From Eledone cirrhosa (Eukaryota): DNA of 64,000 bases. The notes below the pieces were generated by a model. The model worked only from the letters and a program-made list of their open reading frames with translations, was not told the DNA's origin and searched no databases. This document shows, piece after piece, positions 38,815-53,365 of this stretch (position 1 is its first letter; the number at the start of each line of letters is the position of its first letter). The position numbers and the translations under genes are program-made. The stretch spans positions 156,674,001 to 156,738,000 of the forward strand of contig OZ024741.1 of the NCBI GenBank assembly GCA_964016885.1. Direction: 5' to 3'.

Positions 38815-39005
38815 AATAAACCTTTCAAGGATTTACACAAATCCAGCCTCCTGTCATTTCATTATAATATTTAACTCCGTAATAGCACCACCAACTACAA
38901 AAACAAAGACGGTTGAACTGCTTTACGTTGAGTACTCTCTATATTATTGCATTACGATTGACCATACGGAATAGACCAGATCTATACAGTGGTGAACCTC
39001 AAACC

Positions 39006-39068
<63 letters not shown>

Positions 39069-39091
39069 CTGTATATATATATATATATATA

Positions 39092-39142
<51 letters not shown>

Positions 39143-39224
39143 GTTATTCCGGGTTGAATCGGAGGTAACCACAGTAAGTAAGGTACTCAATACATAGCAG
39201 AGTATAAAAGTTTTAATATAGATG

Positions 39225-39275
39225 AGATTCTACAGGACTAGAACTGTTTCATTCATTAGAAATCATCAGGAATCT
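39225..39275 (-). ncRNA. Type I hammerhead ribozyme (family B)
   Basis: Same sequence as 8594-8644. Confidence 0.75.
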
Positions 39276-39860
39276 GGGTATCAAAAAATAGAAATGGTAT
39301 TTATAGGTCTCTACAAGTGGTAGGAGAGGGGGTGGGATGGGTGCAGGTCATTGGTTGATAGAAAAGGGAATTCATTAAAAGCTAATTCTACAAAGCTATA
39401 GTTTATTTTTATTTATTTATGTTTTTAGAGTAACAAGGGCAGACAGAATTCTATAAACAGGTTCCGGATGGCATACCAATCCTTGTCATTAAGTTTCTCT
39501 TAAGCTAACAGATGTCTATAAAATCAGTGGGGGGTCAGTCATGGTCGATAGAATTAAAGAAAAGGGAGATTCTTTAAAAGCTAAAATCATTAAGGTTCTA
39601 CTAAGTGACAAAGGTCTAGAGAATTCTGCAGACAGATTCAAAATACTGAGTGCATATCTTACTATTATCTTCGAACTTCTCTCAAACTAATCAACTATAT
39701 GCCAAAAATCAACAGACACATTCACATAAAAAACAAAAAAACATACTCACTCACACACTTACGCGCAACCATAAACACACACACAAACACATATACACAC
39801 ATAAAAACACACACACATATATAAAAATATATTCATATACCTACATATACATTCACACAT

Positions 39861-39910
<50 letters not shown>

Positions 39911-40140
39911 GTACGTATATATATATATATATAAATAAATATATATAAGTATATATATACACACATACACACACACATATATATATATATACACATACAC
40001 ACACACATACACATACATACACACATATATACACATATAAATACACTCACACACATACATACAGACACAAATATACATGTGTATACATATACACAGAAAT
40101 ACATATAGACATATATACATACATATACACAGACACATAT

Positions 40141-40193
<53 letters not shown>

Positions 40194-40202
40194 TACACAC
40201 AC

Positions 40203-40241
<39 letters not shown>

Positions 40242-40449
40242 AAAAAAAACCATACACACACATATATACATATACACACACATACACACAAACACACACA
40301 CACATATATATACATATACATATATATATATATATACATTCATATATATAACCATATACGTATATACATATATACACATGCATACACATATATATATATA
40401 CACATATATACAAATAAACAAATATATACACATACAAACACACACAGAC

Positions 40450-40524
<75 letters not shown>

Positions 40525-40623
40525 CACACACACATACACACATACATACACATATATAAGGAAAAAGCACCATACATACATATATATATATATATATACA
40601 TATATACATATACACAAATATAT

Positions 40624-40728
<105 letters not shown>

Positions 40729-40793
40729 TACACATATATACACACACCCACATATATACATATATATACATATACACACATATATACACATAT

Positions 40794-40830
<37 letters not shown>

Positions 40831-40911
40831 AATATACATATATATATATATATACACATAAACATATACATATATATAAAAATATACACACACATACATA
40901 CACACACACAC

Positions 40912-40988
<77 letters not shown>

Positions 40989-41367
40989 CACATACAAACA
41001 CACATACAAACATACATATACAGATACATATACATAAAAATACATATATACACATATATATACACGTATGTATATACATACATATACATACATATACATA
41101 TATATATATACACACATATATACACATATATATATACATACATATACACACACATACATATTATATATACACATATACACACACATACACACACACATAT
41201 ATACACATACACACACACATACATACATACATATATATCTATATATATATATATATACACATACATACACACACACACATATATATATATACACGCACAT
41301 ACATATATACACATATATATACACACACACACACACACTCACATACACATGCATATGTATAAATATC

Positions 41368-41502
<135 letters not shown>

Positions 41503-41597
41503 CCATACATATACAAACATACACATTCATACACAGACCTATACATAAATATACACATATATATACAGACATATAACGCATATATACACACATATAT

Positions 41598-41664
<67 letters not shown>

Positions 41665-41838
41665 TATACACACACACGCGCATACACTCATACACACACA
41701 CACACACACACACAAATATATATACACACTCTCTCTCACGCACATATATGTATATATATATATATATATACATATACACATATACAAATATACACATATA
41801 CACACATACACATACACATATATATATATATATATATA

Positions 41839-41874
<36 letters not shown>

Positions 41875-41919
41875 CATACAAATACACACACGCATATATA
41901 TATACACACCTGCCCACAC

Positions 41920-41974
<55 letters not shown>

Positions 41975-42013
41975 CACGCACACACATACACACATACACA
42001 CACACACATATAT

Positions 42014-42114
<101 letters not shown>

Positions 42115-42293
42115 CACACACACATACATATACATACACACACATACATAAACATACATACATACATACACATACATACATACATACATACATACACATA
42201 TATACACATATATATATATATACATATATATACACATATATATACATACATATACATACATAAATACACACACATAAAACACATATACACACA

Positions 42294-42339
<46 letters not shown>

Positions 42340-42555
42340 TACATATACACATATACAAACAAATATATACACATACAAATAAATAGGTACTCAATAAATA
42401 TACGCATATACGCAGGCACATAAAGACACCTCTACAGGCAGAAAATGTAGATACGAAAGAGGTACTCACATAACCATAGTGGCCGTATTTCAGGTTGAGG
42501 AGGGGTGGGGGTAGGGTGGGGAGGAGGTATAGGGGCCAATAGGGGGAGGTCGTTT

Positions 42556-42855
42556 TTAGCCATCGGGCTTTAACACAGGCTTAAAGTGTTTGAAAGTTGC
42601 AAAGTTCTTGTGCATGCAGTTCGAGCAGTGTTCAGAGAGTGTGTTCAGTAGCGGGCCCTTGGCGAATAAAATTTCGTAGCTCTCTGAAATACAAAGGTCG
42701 CAGCCCTTGTGTCCTTCGTTGTAAGAGCGCGCTTTCTGGAGTATTTTCCATTTAAGCGTGAAGGGGGTGGAGTTCCTTTTGAGGTCCCAAACGTAGGAGG
42801 CGAGTGTTGTCTGATTTGATTTATCCGGTCTTCTGAAGGAGTGGGTATGGGCATA

Positions 42856-42858
<3 letters not shown>
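42556..42858 (-). pseudogene. Naiad-type GIY-YIG endonuclease C-terminal 100 aa (not in the ORF track)
   Basis: [58 protein letters not shown] is colinear with the end of the 60988 ORF. Confidence 0.9.
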
Positions 42859-42916
<58 letters not shown>

Positions 42917-42943
42917 CCTTATATATGTGTATGTATGTGTGTA

Positions 42944-43028
<85 letters not shown>

Positions 43029-43315
43029 ATGTATGTGTCTGTGTGTGTTTGTATGTGTATATATTTGTTTATTTGTATATATGTGTATATATATATATGT
43101 GTATGTATGTGTATATATGTATATACGTATATGGTTATATATATGAATGTATATATATATATATATGTATATGTATATATATGTGTGTGTGTGTTTGTGT
43201 GTATGTGTGTGTATATGTATATATGTGTGTGTATGGGTTTTTTTATGTATATATATATATATATATATTTGTATACGTATGTGTGTGTATGTATATGTGT
43301 ATGTATGTGTGTGTG

Positions 43316-43356
<41 letters not shown>

Positions 43357-43578
43357 ATTTGTGTCTGTGTATATGTAGGTATATATGTCTATATGTATTT
43401 CTGTGTATATGTATACACATGTATAATTGTGTTTGTAAGTATGTGTGTGAGTGTATTTATATGTGTATATATGTGTGTGTATGTATGTGTATGTGTGTGT
43501 GTATGTGTATATATATATATATGTGTATGTGTATGTGTGTATATATATACTTATATATATTTATTTATATATATAGAG

Positions 43579-43642
<64 letters not shown>

Positions 43643-44210
43643 ATGTGTGTATGTATATGTAGGTATATGAATATATTTTTATATATGTGTGTGTGTTTTT
43701 ATGTGTGTATATGTGTTTGTGTGTGTGTTTATGGTTGCGCGTAAGTGTGTGAGTGAGTATGTTTTTTTGTTTTTTTGTGAATGTGTCTGTTGATTTTTGG
43801 CATATAGTTGATTACTTTAAGAGAAGTTCGAAGATAATAGTAAGATATGCACTCAGTATTTTGAATCTGTCTGCAGAATTCTCTAGACCTTTGTCACTTA
43901 GTAGAACCTTAATGATTTTAGCTTTTAAAGAATCTCCCTTTTCTTTAATTCTATCGACCATGACTGACCCCCCACTGATTTTATAGACATCTGTTAATGA
44001 CAAGGATTGGTATGCCATCCGGAACCTGTTTATAGAATTCTGTCTGCCCTTGTTACTCTAAAAACATAAATAAATAAAAATAAACTATAGCTTTGTAGAA
44101 TTAGCTTTTAATGAATTCCCTTTTCTATCAACCAATGACCTGCACCCATCCCACCCCCTCTCCTACCACTTGTAGAGACCTATAAATACCATTTCTATTT
44201 TTTGATACCC

Positions 44211-44261
44211 AGATTCCTGATGATTTCTAATGAATGAAACAGTTCTAGTCCTGTAGAATCT
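44211..44261 (+). ncRNA. Type I hammerhead ribozyme (family B)
   Basis: Same sequence as 8594-8644; CCAAT and TATAAATA lie upstream. Confidence 0.75.
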
Positions 44262-44273
44262 CATCTATATTAA

Positions 44274-44361
<88 letters not shown>

Positions 44362-44373
44362 GTGTGTATATAT

Positions 44374-44425
<52 letters not shown>

Positions 44426-44459
44426 ATATATATATATATACATATATTTATGTATATAT

Positions 44460-44710
44460 ATTTCGTTTCTGAATTTGTTTAGCAAGATTCTTTATCTGAA
44501 AACGTTTGTTGAAACCGATATTGTTATACTTTGGGAGGGTCATGTTGCCGATAAGAAACACACGCACCAGGTGCTTTCACTCCAATCTATTATAAATTAA
44601 ATTTATAAATTTAAGAATTTATAAATTTTATTTATAATAAATTGGAGTGAAAGCAACTGGTGCGTGTGTTTCTTATTGGCAACATGACCCTCCCAAAGCA
44701 TAACGATATG
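44460..44710 (-). mobile_element. PLE family D mini fold-back
   Basis: Tail at 44460-44517 plus palindromic arms; homologous to 55864-56793. Confidence 0.8.
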
Positions 44711-44742
<32 letters not shown>

Positions 44743-44847
44743 TATACTGGATTATCTATAACGGTAACTTGTTATCCCATATATATATATGTATATATAA
44801 TGAAATGACAGGAGGCTAGATTTGTGTAAATCCTTGAAAGGTTTATT

Positions 44848-44905
44848 ATACTATGATCATTTCAATGACCGGGTTCCGTATGAATCCGGTGATATCATCA
44901 GGTAT
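44848..44905 (-). ncRNA. Type I hammerhead ribozyme (family A)
   Basis: Mirror of 53758-53815. Confidence 0.75.
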
Positions 44906-47858
44906 TCGAAATATAATACGTGAATGTAATAGATAAAATCCATGGGGCTGAAAATCGAGGACCCGAGGGCGACCGCTATTCTGTTCCTTCAACTTCAGCC
45001 GATCGCCCTGGAGTGACGTGGCTAAAGTTTATTGTATTCTACTCCCGGTCAGATAAACGAGAACAGAAAGGGATGGGAACATAAGTTAACGTCGATCTCA
45101 CGACACAAGGTAAAAGAAAGAAAGAAAGGAAGGAGAGAGAAGAAGGGGGAAGAAAGAAAAGGAGAAGCCAGGTTTAATGTCAGCTAAAAGAAGAAAGGCA
45201 ACTACTACCGGTCAGATATAGGCAAGCAAGAGGGGGAAGGAAGATAAGCCTGCGGGAGGAAGACAGGAAGAGGGGAGAAGAGAAGGAAGAGAAGAGAGAA
45301 GTAGAAAAGTAAGGGTTGATGGCTACAAGAAGGAAGATAGAAAGAAAGAGGAAGAGAGGTCGATATTAATGTCAGACCACAGTCAAGCCAGGAGTGGAGC
45401 GAGAAAATTTTCACAGGGACCCGCATCTTAGCAGAGGTGAATATATTGGGAGTCAGTGTGTTACAGTGTTTAGACTTCTAGGATGAAGTTAAAAAAATTA
45501 ATAATCAATATTCAATATTAAAGAGGTTAGAGAATTTAAAGTTCAACAGTTTAACATTTTATTATATAATAGTTCCGATTTTTTCTGTAATTTAAAGGTA
45601 CTATGTGGCGGTTAAAACACCGGCCGCGCCCCGGGTCCCATGGCGAATTAAGCTACGCCGAGTATTTTCATTTACCGATAGAAGGGGAAATTTATTTTTC
45701 CGAGCACTCCAGGTGAGCTCGTTCGCAAGGGAGCTGGTCACGCCGCCATTTAAAACCCACCCAACAGTCCGACAGAAAGTTGGAACTTAAAAATTTTGCT
45801 TAGAGAAGTAGAAGAGTAATGGTTGATGGCTACAAGAAGGAAGATAGAAAGAGAGAGGAAGGAAGGTCGATATTAATGTCACACCCCAGTCGGGCCAGGA
45901 GTGGCGCGAGAAAATTTTCACAGGGACCCGCATCTTAGCAGAGGTGAATATATTGGGGGTCAGTGTGTTACAATGTTTAGACTTATAGGATGAAGTTAAC
46001 AAATTAATAATCAATATTCCATATTAAAGAGGTTAGAAAATTTAAAGTTCAACAGTTTAACACTTTCAGGTTGATATATCTAATAGTTCCGATTTGTTCT
46101 GTAATTTAAAGGTACTATGTGGCGGTTAAAACACCGGCCGCGCCCAGGGCCCCATGGCGAATTAAGCCACGCCGAGTATTTTCATTTACCGAAAGAAGGG
46201 GAAATTTATTTTTCCAAGCACTACAGGTGAGCTCGTTCGCCAGGGAGCTGGTCGCGCCGCCGCTAAAACCCACCCAACGGTCCGACAGAAAGTTGGAACT
46301 TTAGAATTTTGCTTAACTCTATCGGATGAAGTTGAAAGAATTCAGAATAACATTATAAAACTAAGGAGTAAGAAGATTGAGGATTGAACAAACAGAAAAT
46401 TGAAGATTAAACATTCAAATAACTTCTATGAGGTTTTGGGTTGCGGGGTTTAATTAAATAGAGTCTTTTATGAAGAAACGTTAATTGTATTATGTAGATC
46501 TGTAATTTATCCTAGTGGGATGTAGAGTACGGGATATAGTCGTGTAATGTTTAATTTTTGTTCTCAGGAGGAGACATTCTAGTGTCGTGTGCTAATGGGT
46601 ACAGGTCCCAATGTGAGGAGTAGAAATACATGGATACATAGAAGTGGAATACGTGGAAGAGCCCATTGGTACAGCAGAGGTATAAATATATAAACATATC
46701 AATATATAGGTATAAACATGTAAATAAACCAACAAGAGTGGTGTTGGAGTAAGATGGAGAAATCAAGACATAGGAGAATTACAATATAGTTCAGGTTGCA
46801 GTATTTATGTTCCCGGGGGGGAGGGCAATCCTGTGTCGTGTGCTAAGGGTGCACGCGAGTAAAAGTCCGAATAAGGGAAGTAAAAAGTACATGGATGTAT
46901 AGAGGTAGAGTACGTGGAAAGGCTTTAATACAGCAAACAAAGATGTGAAGATATAGATAAACAAACAATAGTCGTTGTCTAGTAAATGTAGAGTTCAAGA
47001 CACAGGAGAAATAGAATATAGTTCAGGTTGCGGTATTTATGTTCCCAGGAGGAGATATTCCAGTGACATGTGCTAAGGGTACACGCGAGTAAAAGTCCGA
47101 ATAAGGGAAGTAGAAAGTACATGGATGTATAGAGGCTTTTACTCGCGTGGACCCTTAGCACACGACACAGGATTGCCCCCCCCCCCCCCCCGGAACATAA
47201 ATACTGCAACCTGAACTATATTGTAATTCTCCTATGTCTTGATTTCTCCATCTTACTCCAACACCACTCTTGTTGGTTTATTTACATATTTATACCTATA
47301 TATTGATATGTTTATATATTTATACCTCTGCTGTACCAATGTGCTCTTCCATGTATTCCACTTCTATGTATCCATGTATTTCTACTCCTCACATTGGGAC
47401 CTGTACCCATTAGCACACGACACTAGAATGTCTCCTCCTGAGAACAAAAATTAAACATTACACGACTATATCCCGTACTCTACATCCCACTAGGATAAAT
47501 TACAGATCTACGTAATACAATTTGTGGGTATGGTGTGGCGTGCGGTGGCCGGAGGCGGGAGGAGTGCTCGACCGGAAGGGGTTTTTGAGTGCTCGACCGG
47601 AAGGTTTTTTGGCCGGAAGGATGCTCGACCGGAAGGGCCAGCAGAGGGCCTCTCTCACACGGTGTGGACGCGAGTTTTGGGCAGCTCCCGGTGTTAAGCA
47701 GTCGGACGCACGTGGAAGAGGAGTACCTGCAATAGAATTTAGCGGCGCCTGTGAAAAGCGGTAAGTGAGATAGCTTTTTCTAACTACAAGCTATTTCGGC
47801 GACTGAAAAAAAAACAAAAAAAAAACAAGAAAACACTTGCCGCAAAACAAATCAGAAG

Positions 47859-48600
47859 ATGGCGACAAGACTACGGATAAACTAAGCTATCAGGGCATTC
47901 ACCGGGGAAGGTGATGTTGTCGCTTGGCTGCGGAAGGTTCGGATGGTCGCAAGCTTGCAGAAGATAGAAGACGTGGTCGGCCTCATGCCATTGTACCTCG
48001 AGGGCGTCGCGCTGGTACTCTTCCTTGAGTTGGACGAGCACAGCCAAAGAGATGTGCAGAAGATTGAGAGGCGTCTGATGGATGCATTCGCCGAGGGACC
48101 GTTGGCGGCTTTTGCTAAGCTGGCGAGAATCAGGTGGAATGGTGAGCGCGTCGACATTTTCGCAGCGGAAATAAGGCGGTTGGCTATGTTGGCCGGTTAC
48201 CAGGCGGAATGCGAACGCACGGTGCGGTTGGCGTTCATCTATGGATTTCCGGACGACATAGCGGTGAAACTGCAGCAAGTCCCGGGATATAAAGAGATGG
48301 AAATGCGTTCACTGGTGGAACAAGCCCGGATCATAGCAGAAGATGCCAAAAAGAGTGTTGCGGCGATAGCGACTACGGAGGCTCAGGACACCTGGCAGCG
48401 AAATGGTGAAAGGGAGGCAACCTCGGCACGCTGCCGTCCGCGTGAGTTTAGGGGGCGCTGTTTTAGGTGCCAGGGCCCGCATATGGCTTGAGACTGTAGA
48501 GTCGAAGCCGGAGATAATTTGCTACCGGTGTAAGCGACCAGGCCACATCGCTACTAACTGCGACCAGGGAAACGATCCAAGGGAACTACTGCGCCGGTAG
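47859..48600 (+). pseudogene. gag: Gag with two zinc knuckles (frameshifted)
   Basis: FTGEGDVVAWLRKV..., CFRCQGPHMA, CYRCKRPGHIATNC. Confidence 0.85.
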
Positions 48601-48607
48601 TTGCCCC
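48567..48607 (+). promoter_or_regulatory. Candidate -1 ribosomal frameshift signal
   Basis: G GGA AAC in gag phase, a 7-nt spacer, then stem gggaactac/gtagttgccc. Confidence 0.65.
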
Positions 48608-48628
48608 TTACGAGTAGCGGCGCTGCCC

Positions 48629-51366
48629 GTGGTGGAAGTCTTCGTGAGGGGGAAGCCACAGCGAGCCCTCGTGGATACGGGCTGTACGACGACACTGGTG
48701 ACCGCGGGGGTGGCGCAAAGGTGGGGAGGGAAGAGCAGCGTAAGGGCAGTCGACGGCAGGAAAATTGAATGCCGAGGTCGCAGCGAGATGGAAATAGCGG
48801 TACGGGGAAGGACGATAAAGCTTTCCGCCATCGTGGTAGACAGTGTGGTGGATGGGATCGGCGTGGTTATGGGCATGGACGCGATTGGCCGTCTAGGGGG
48901 CGTCACGGTGAACAATGTCGGTGTGTCGTTTGGCGCCGCTGCATCGGTATGCGCTGTGAGTGCACGTCATGAGAACCAGAAGGCCCACGAGGAGGAATAC
49001 GCCGCTTACACTGTACAGGACAAAGACTTCAAGGCCGTGTTTGATGGGCAGCGATGGGTTGTTGAGTGGTACTGGAGGGGAGAACCACCAACACTGAAGA
49101 CCAAAGTGGGTAGAGAGATGGATCGAAGAGGGCATACTGCTTCCCTGGAAGGAGGAGGTGAAGTGCGGAGTATTGCCGTTGATGGCGGTGGTGCAACCCA
49201 CGAAGAGCAAGGTGAGGCCGGTGCTGGACTATCGGGAGCTGAACGAGCACGTGTCATGTCACACGGGTGGCGAGGTCACGGATGTCTGTGGGGAAACCCT
49301 GCGTGAGTGGAGTCGCATGACGGGGGGTTCAGCGATCGTGGATCTAAAGTCGGCTTACTTGCAGTTGCATATAGATGAGAAGCTCTGGCGGTATCAGCTG
49401 GTCAGGTATAAGGGCCGGACATATTGCCTGACCAGGCTCGGTTTCGGGCTGAGCTCCGCACCGAAGATCATGGCGGCGGTCCTCAAGACCGCTCTGGGGA
49501 GGGCCGACAAGATAAAGAGGGCTACTAACTCCTATATTGACGACATCCTAGTGGACGAGTCGGTGGTGCCGACGGCGGAGGTCACGAGACATTTGCGGAG
49601 GTATGAACTGACTGCGAAGCCATCAGAAGCATTGGAGGGAGGAGCCGCGCTGGGACTTAGGCTACGGCGAGATAAGACGGGCGTTTTGGTGTTCCAGAGG
49701 GGAAACGAAGTTCCGGAACTGGGCCCAAGTATGAATAGGCGGGAGCTTTTCTCGGTGTGTGGAAAGCTGCTGGGTGGCTCCGGACGGCATGCAGCTATGT
49801 CAAAAGACGAGCGGGAGGGGTGACTTGGAGTGACAGAGTGGGAGAGAGAACGGTGGCCATAATGCAGGAGATCGTGGGGAGGGTGAAGGCCGACGACCCA
49901 GTGCGGGGACGCTGGTACGTTCCCAAATCACAGAGCGGCACCGTATGGTGCGATGCCAGTAGCATAGCGCTGGGGATAGGAGGTGGAGATAGGAGGTGTT
50001 GAGGTCGAGGATGCAGCCTGGCTTAGAAAGAAGGACGACTGCAGCCACATCAATGTGGCCGAGCTGGACGCGGTGTTGAGAGGGGTGAACCTCGCCCTGC
50101 GGTGGGGGCTGCGCACCATCGAGATACGCACCGACTCGGCTACTGTACTCGGATGGGTAAGATCAGTGCTCACCAGTGAGAAGAGAGTGCGAACGAGAGG
50201 CGCGGCGGAGATGCTGATAAAGCACCGCCTGGGAACGTTAGGAGAGCAGGCCACCGAGTTCGACCTGAAGCTGAGCGTAGTGTTTGTGCCCTCAGAGAAA
50301 AATAGGGCGGACATCTTAACTAGAGTGAAGAAAGCCTGTATGGAAGCGCCGGGGGAGGTAGAGGATGAGATAGCTGCCGTGTGTCGGCTGACCGAGTTAG
50401 ACCTGAAGGGGTTGCATGACATGCACCACATGGGGGTGGATAGGAGCCTGTTCCTAGCCAGGAGAATCGACTCGGACGTTAGCAGACACAATGTTCGGGG
50501 GGGGGAGGCTGCGTCCGATGTCAGTCCATTGATCCCGCCCCGGGTGTACACGAAACGGGAGGCCTCCCGGTGGATCGCGACTGGAAGCGATTAGCAGTGG
50601 ATGTGACGCACTACCGGCAGGGAACGTACCTCTCGATGGTCGACTGTGGACCAGGTCGAATGGCGATATGGAGGGAGATGAAGACTGGAACGGCCGAGGA
50701 AATCGTGCGGACGTTGAGAGAGGTGTTCTTGGAGCGGGGCCCTGTGGATGAACTGCTGATGGACAACAGCGCACCGTTCCGCTCGGAGGCACTGAGGGAG
50801 ATGCTCGATGGATGGAAGGTGGACCGTTTCTTCAGAGCGGCGCACAGGCCGAGCGGGAATGGAATCATGGAGCGACATCCCGGACGATCAAGGCAATGGC
50901 GGAGCGGGGCCATATCTCACCAATGGAGGCATTGTTCTGGTACAATATGTTCCCTCGGGTTGGACAGGTCGAGGAATCGGTGCCACATAGAGCAGTATTC
51001 AAATACGAGTGGCGGCACCCGTGCACGCCACCACAACGGCCAGTGGGGAGAGAGAGTGCATTCGTGCAGGTGGGCGAAGAAGTCTGGGTTAAGCCCCCAG
51101 ATGCACGTTGCACATCTCAATGGGGAAGGGGAACGGTGACGGCCGTAAATTCAAAGAACAATGTGTCCGTAGACGGGGTACCACGTCATGTCCTGGATGT
51201 AAGAAGAATCACTGTGTCGACGGACTCCGAGGAAGAGGAAACCCAAGATGAGGTGGAAACCCAGAGCTCTGCCCCAATACTACGAAGATCGCAACGAAGT
51301 CGTAGACCACCGACCTGGACAGCAGATTTTCATATGCAGAGGGACGAGGGGGAAATTGATCCTTGA
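48629..51366 (+). pseudogene. pol: Pol (protease, RT, RNase H, integrase) with several frameshifts
   Basis: ALVDTGC; LDYRELN, DLKSAYLQ, FGLSSAP, YIDD; CDAS, HINVAEL, TDS, NRAD; HHMG..CVRC, AVDV, MDNS, GNGIMER. Confidence 0.92.
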
Positions 51367-51834
51367 GATCAGGGGGGCGTGTGGGTATGGTGTGGCGTGC
51401 GGTGGCCGGAGGCGGGGGGAGTGCTCGACCGGAAGGGGTTTTTGAGTGCTCGACCGGAAGGGTTTTTTGACCGGAAGGATGCTCGACCGGAAGGGCCAGC
51501 AGAGGGCCTCTCTCTAGTGGTGACCAGCACACGGTTTGGACGCGAGTTTTGGGCAGCTCCCGGTGTTAAGCAGTCGGACGCACGTGGAAGAGGAGTACCT
51601 GCAGCGGAATTTAGCGGCGCCTGTGAAAAGCGGTAAGTGAGATAGCTTTTTCTAACTACATAATTAACGTTTCTTCATAAAAGACACTATTTAATTAAAC
51701 GCCGCAACCCAAAACCTCATAGAAGTTATTTGAATGTTTAATCTTCAATTTTCTGTTTGTTCAATCCTCAATCTTCTTACTCCTTAGTTTTATAATGTTA
51801 TTCTGAATTCTTTCAACTTCATCCGATGGAGTTA

Positions 51835-53365
51835 AGCAAAATTCTAAAGTTCCAACTTTCTGTCGGACCGCAGGATGGGTTTTAGCGGCGGCGCGACCAG
51901 CTCCCTGGCGAACGAGCTCACCTGGAGTGCTTGGAAAAATAAATTTCCCCTTCTTTCGGTAAATGAAAATACTCGGCGTGGCTTAATTCGCCATGGGGCC
52001 CTGGGCGCGGCCAGTGTTTTAACCGCCACATAGTACCTTTAAATTACAGAACAAATCGGAACTATTAGATATATCAACCTGAAAGTGTTAAACTGTTGAA
52101 CTTTAAATTTTCTAACCTCTTTAATATGGAATATTGATTATTAATTTTTTAACTTCATCCTATAAGTCTAAACATTGTAACACACTGACCCCCAATATAT
52201 TCACCTCTGCTAAGTGCGGGTCCCTGTGAAAATTTTCTCGCGGCACTCCTGGCCCGACTGGGGTGTGACATTAATATCGACCTTCCTTCCTCTCTCTTTC
52301 TATCTTCCTTCTTGTAGCCATCAACCATTACTCTTCTACTTCTCTAAGCAAAATGTTTAAGTTCCAACTTTCTGTCGGACTGTTGGGTGGGTTTTAAATG
52401 GCGGCGCGACCAGCTCCCTTGCGAACGAGCTCACCTGGAGTGCTCGGAAAAATAAATTTCCCCTTCTTTCGGTAAATGAAAATACTCGGCGTAGCTTAAT
52501 TCGCCATGGGACCCGGGGCGCGGCCAGTGTTTTAACCGCCACATAGTACCTTTAAATTACAGAACAAATCGGAACTATTAGATATATCAACCTGAAAGTG
52601 TTAAACTGTTGAACTTTAAATTTTCTAACCTCTTTAATATGGAATATTGATTATTAATTTTTTAACTTCATCCTATAAGTCTAAACATTGTAACACACTG
52701 ACCCCCAATATATTCACCTCTGCTAAGTGCGGGTCCCTGTGAAAATTTTCTCGCGGCACTCCTGGCCCGACTGGGGTGTGACATTAATATCGACCTTCCT
52801 TCCTCTCTCTTTCTATCTTCCTTCTTGTAGCCATCAACCATTACTCTTCTACTTCTCTAAGCAAAATGTTTAAGTTCCAACTTTCTGTCGGACTGTTGGG
52901 TGGGTTTTAAATGGCGGTGCGACCAGCTCCCTTGCGAACGAGCTCACCTGGAGTGCTCGGAAAAATAAATTTCCCCTTCTTTCGGTAAATGAAAATACTC
53001 GGCGTAGCTTAATTCGCCATGGGACCCGGGGCGCGGCCGGTGTTTTAACCGCCACATAGTACCTTTAAATTACAGAAAAAATCGGAACTATTATATAATA
53101 AAATGTTAAACTGTTGAACTTTAAATTCTCTAACCTCTTTAATATTGAATATTAATTATTAATTTTTTTAACTTCATCCTAGAAGTCTAAACACTGTAAC
53201 ACGCTGACTCCCAATATATTCACCTCTGCTAAGATGCGGGTCCCTGTGAAAATTTTCCCGCGCCACTCCTGGCCTGACTGTGGTCTGACATTAATATCGA
53301 CCTCTCTTCCTCTTTCTTTCTATCTTCCTTCTTGTAGCCATCAACCCTTACTTTTCTACTTCTCT
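51835..53365. repeat. Three ~513-bp tandem units inside family A
   Basis: Units start at ~51835, 52348 and 52861; the other arms have about two units. Confidence 0.9.

Larger units (their letters stand above)
47523..51660 (+). mobile_element. Compact Ty3/Gypsy LTR retrotransposon
   Basis: TG...CA LTRs at 47523-47788 and 51380-51660, TSD CAATT/TAATT, PPT aggggggcg, domain order gag-PR-RT-RH-IN. Confidence 0.95.
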
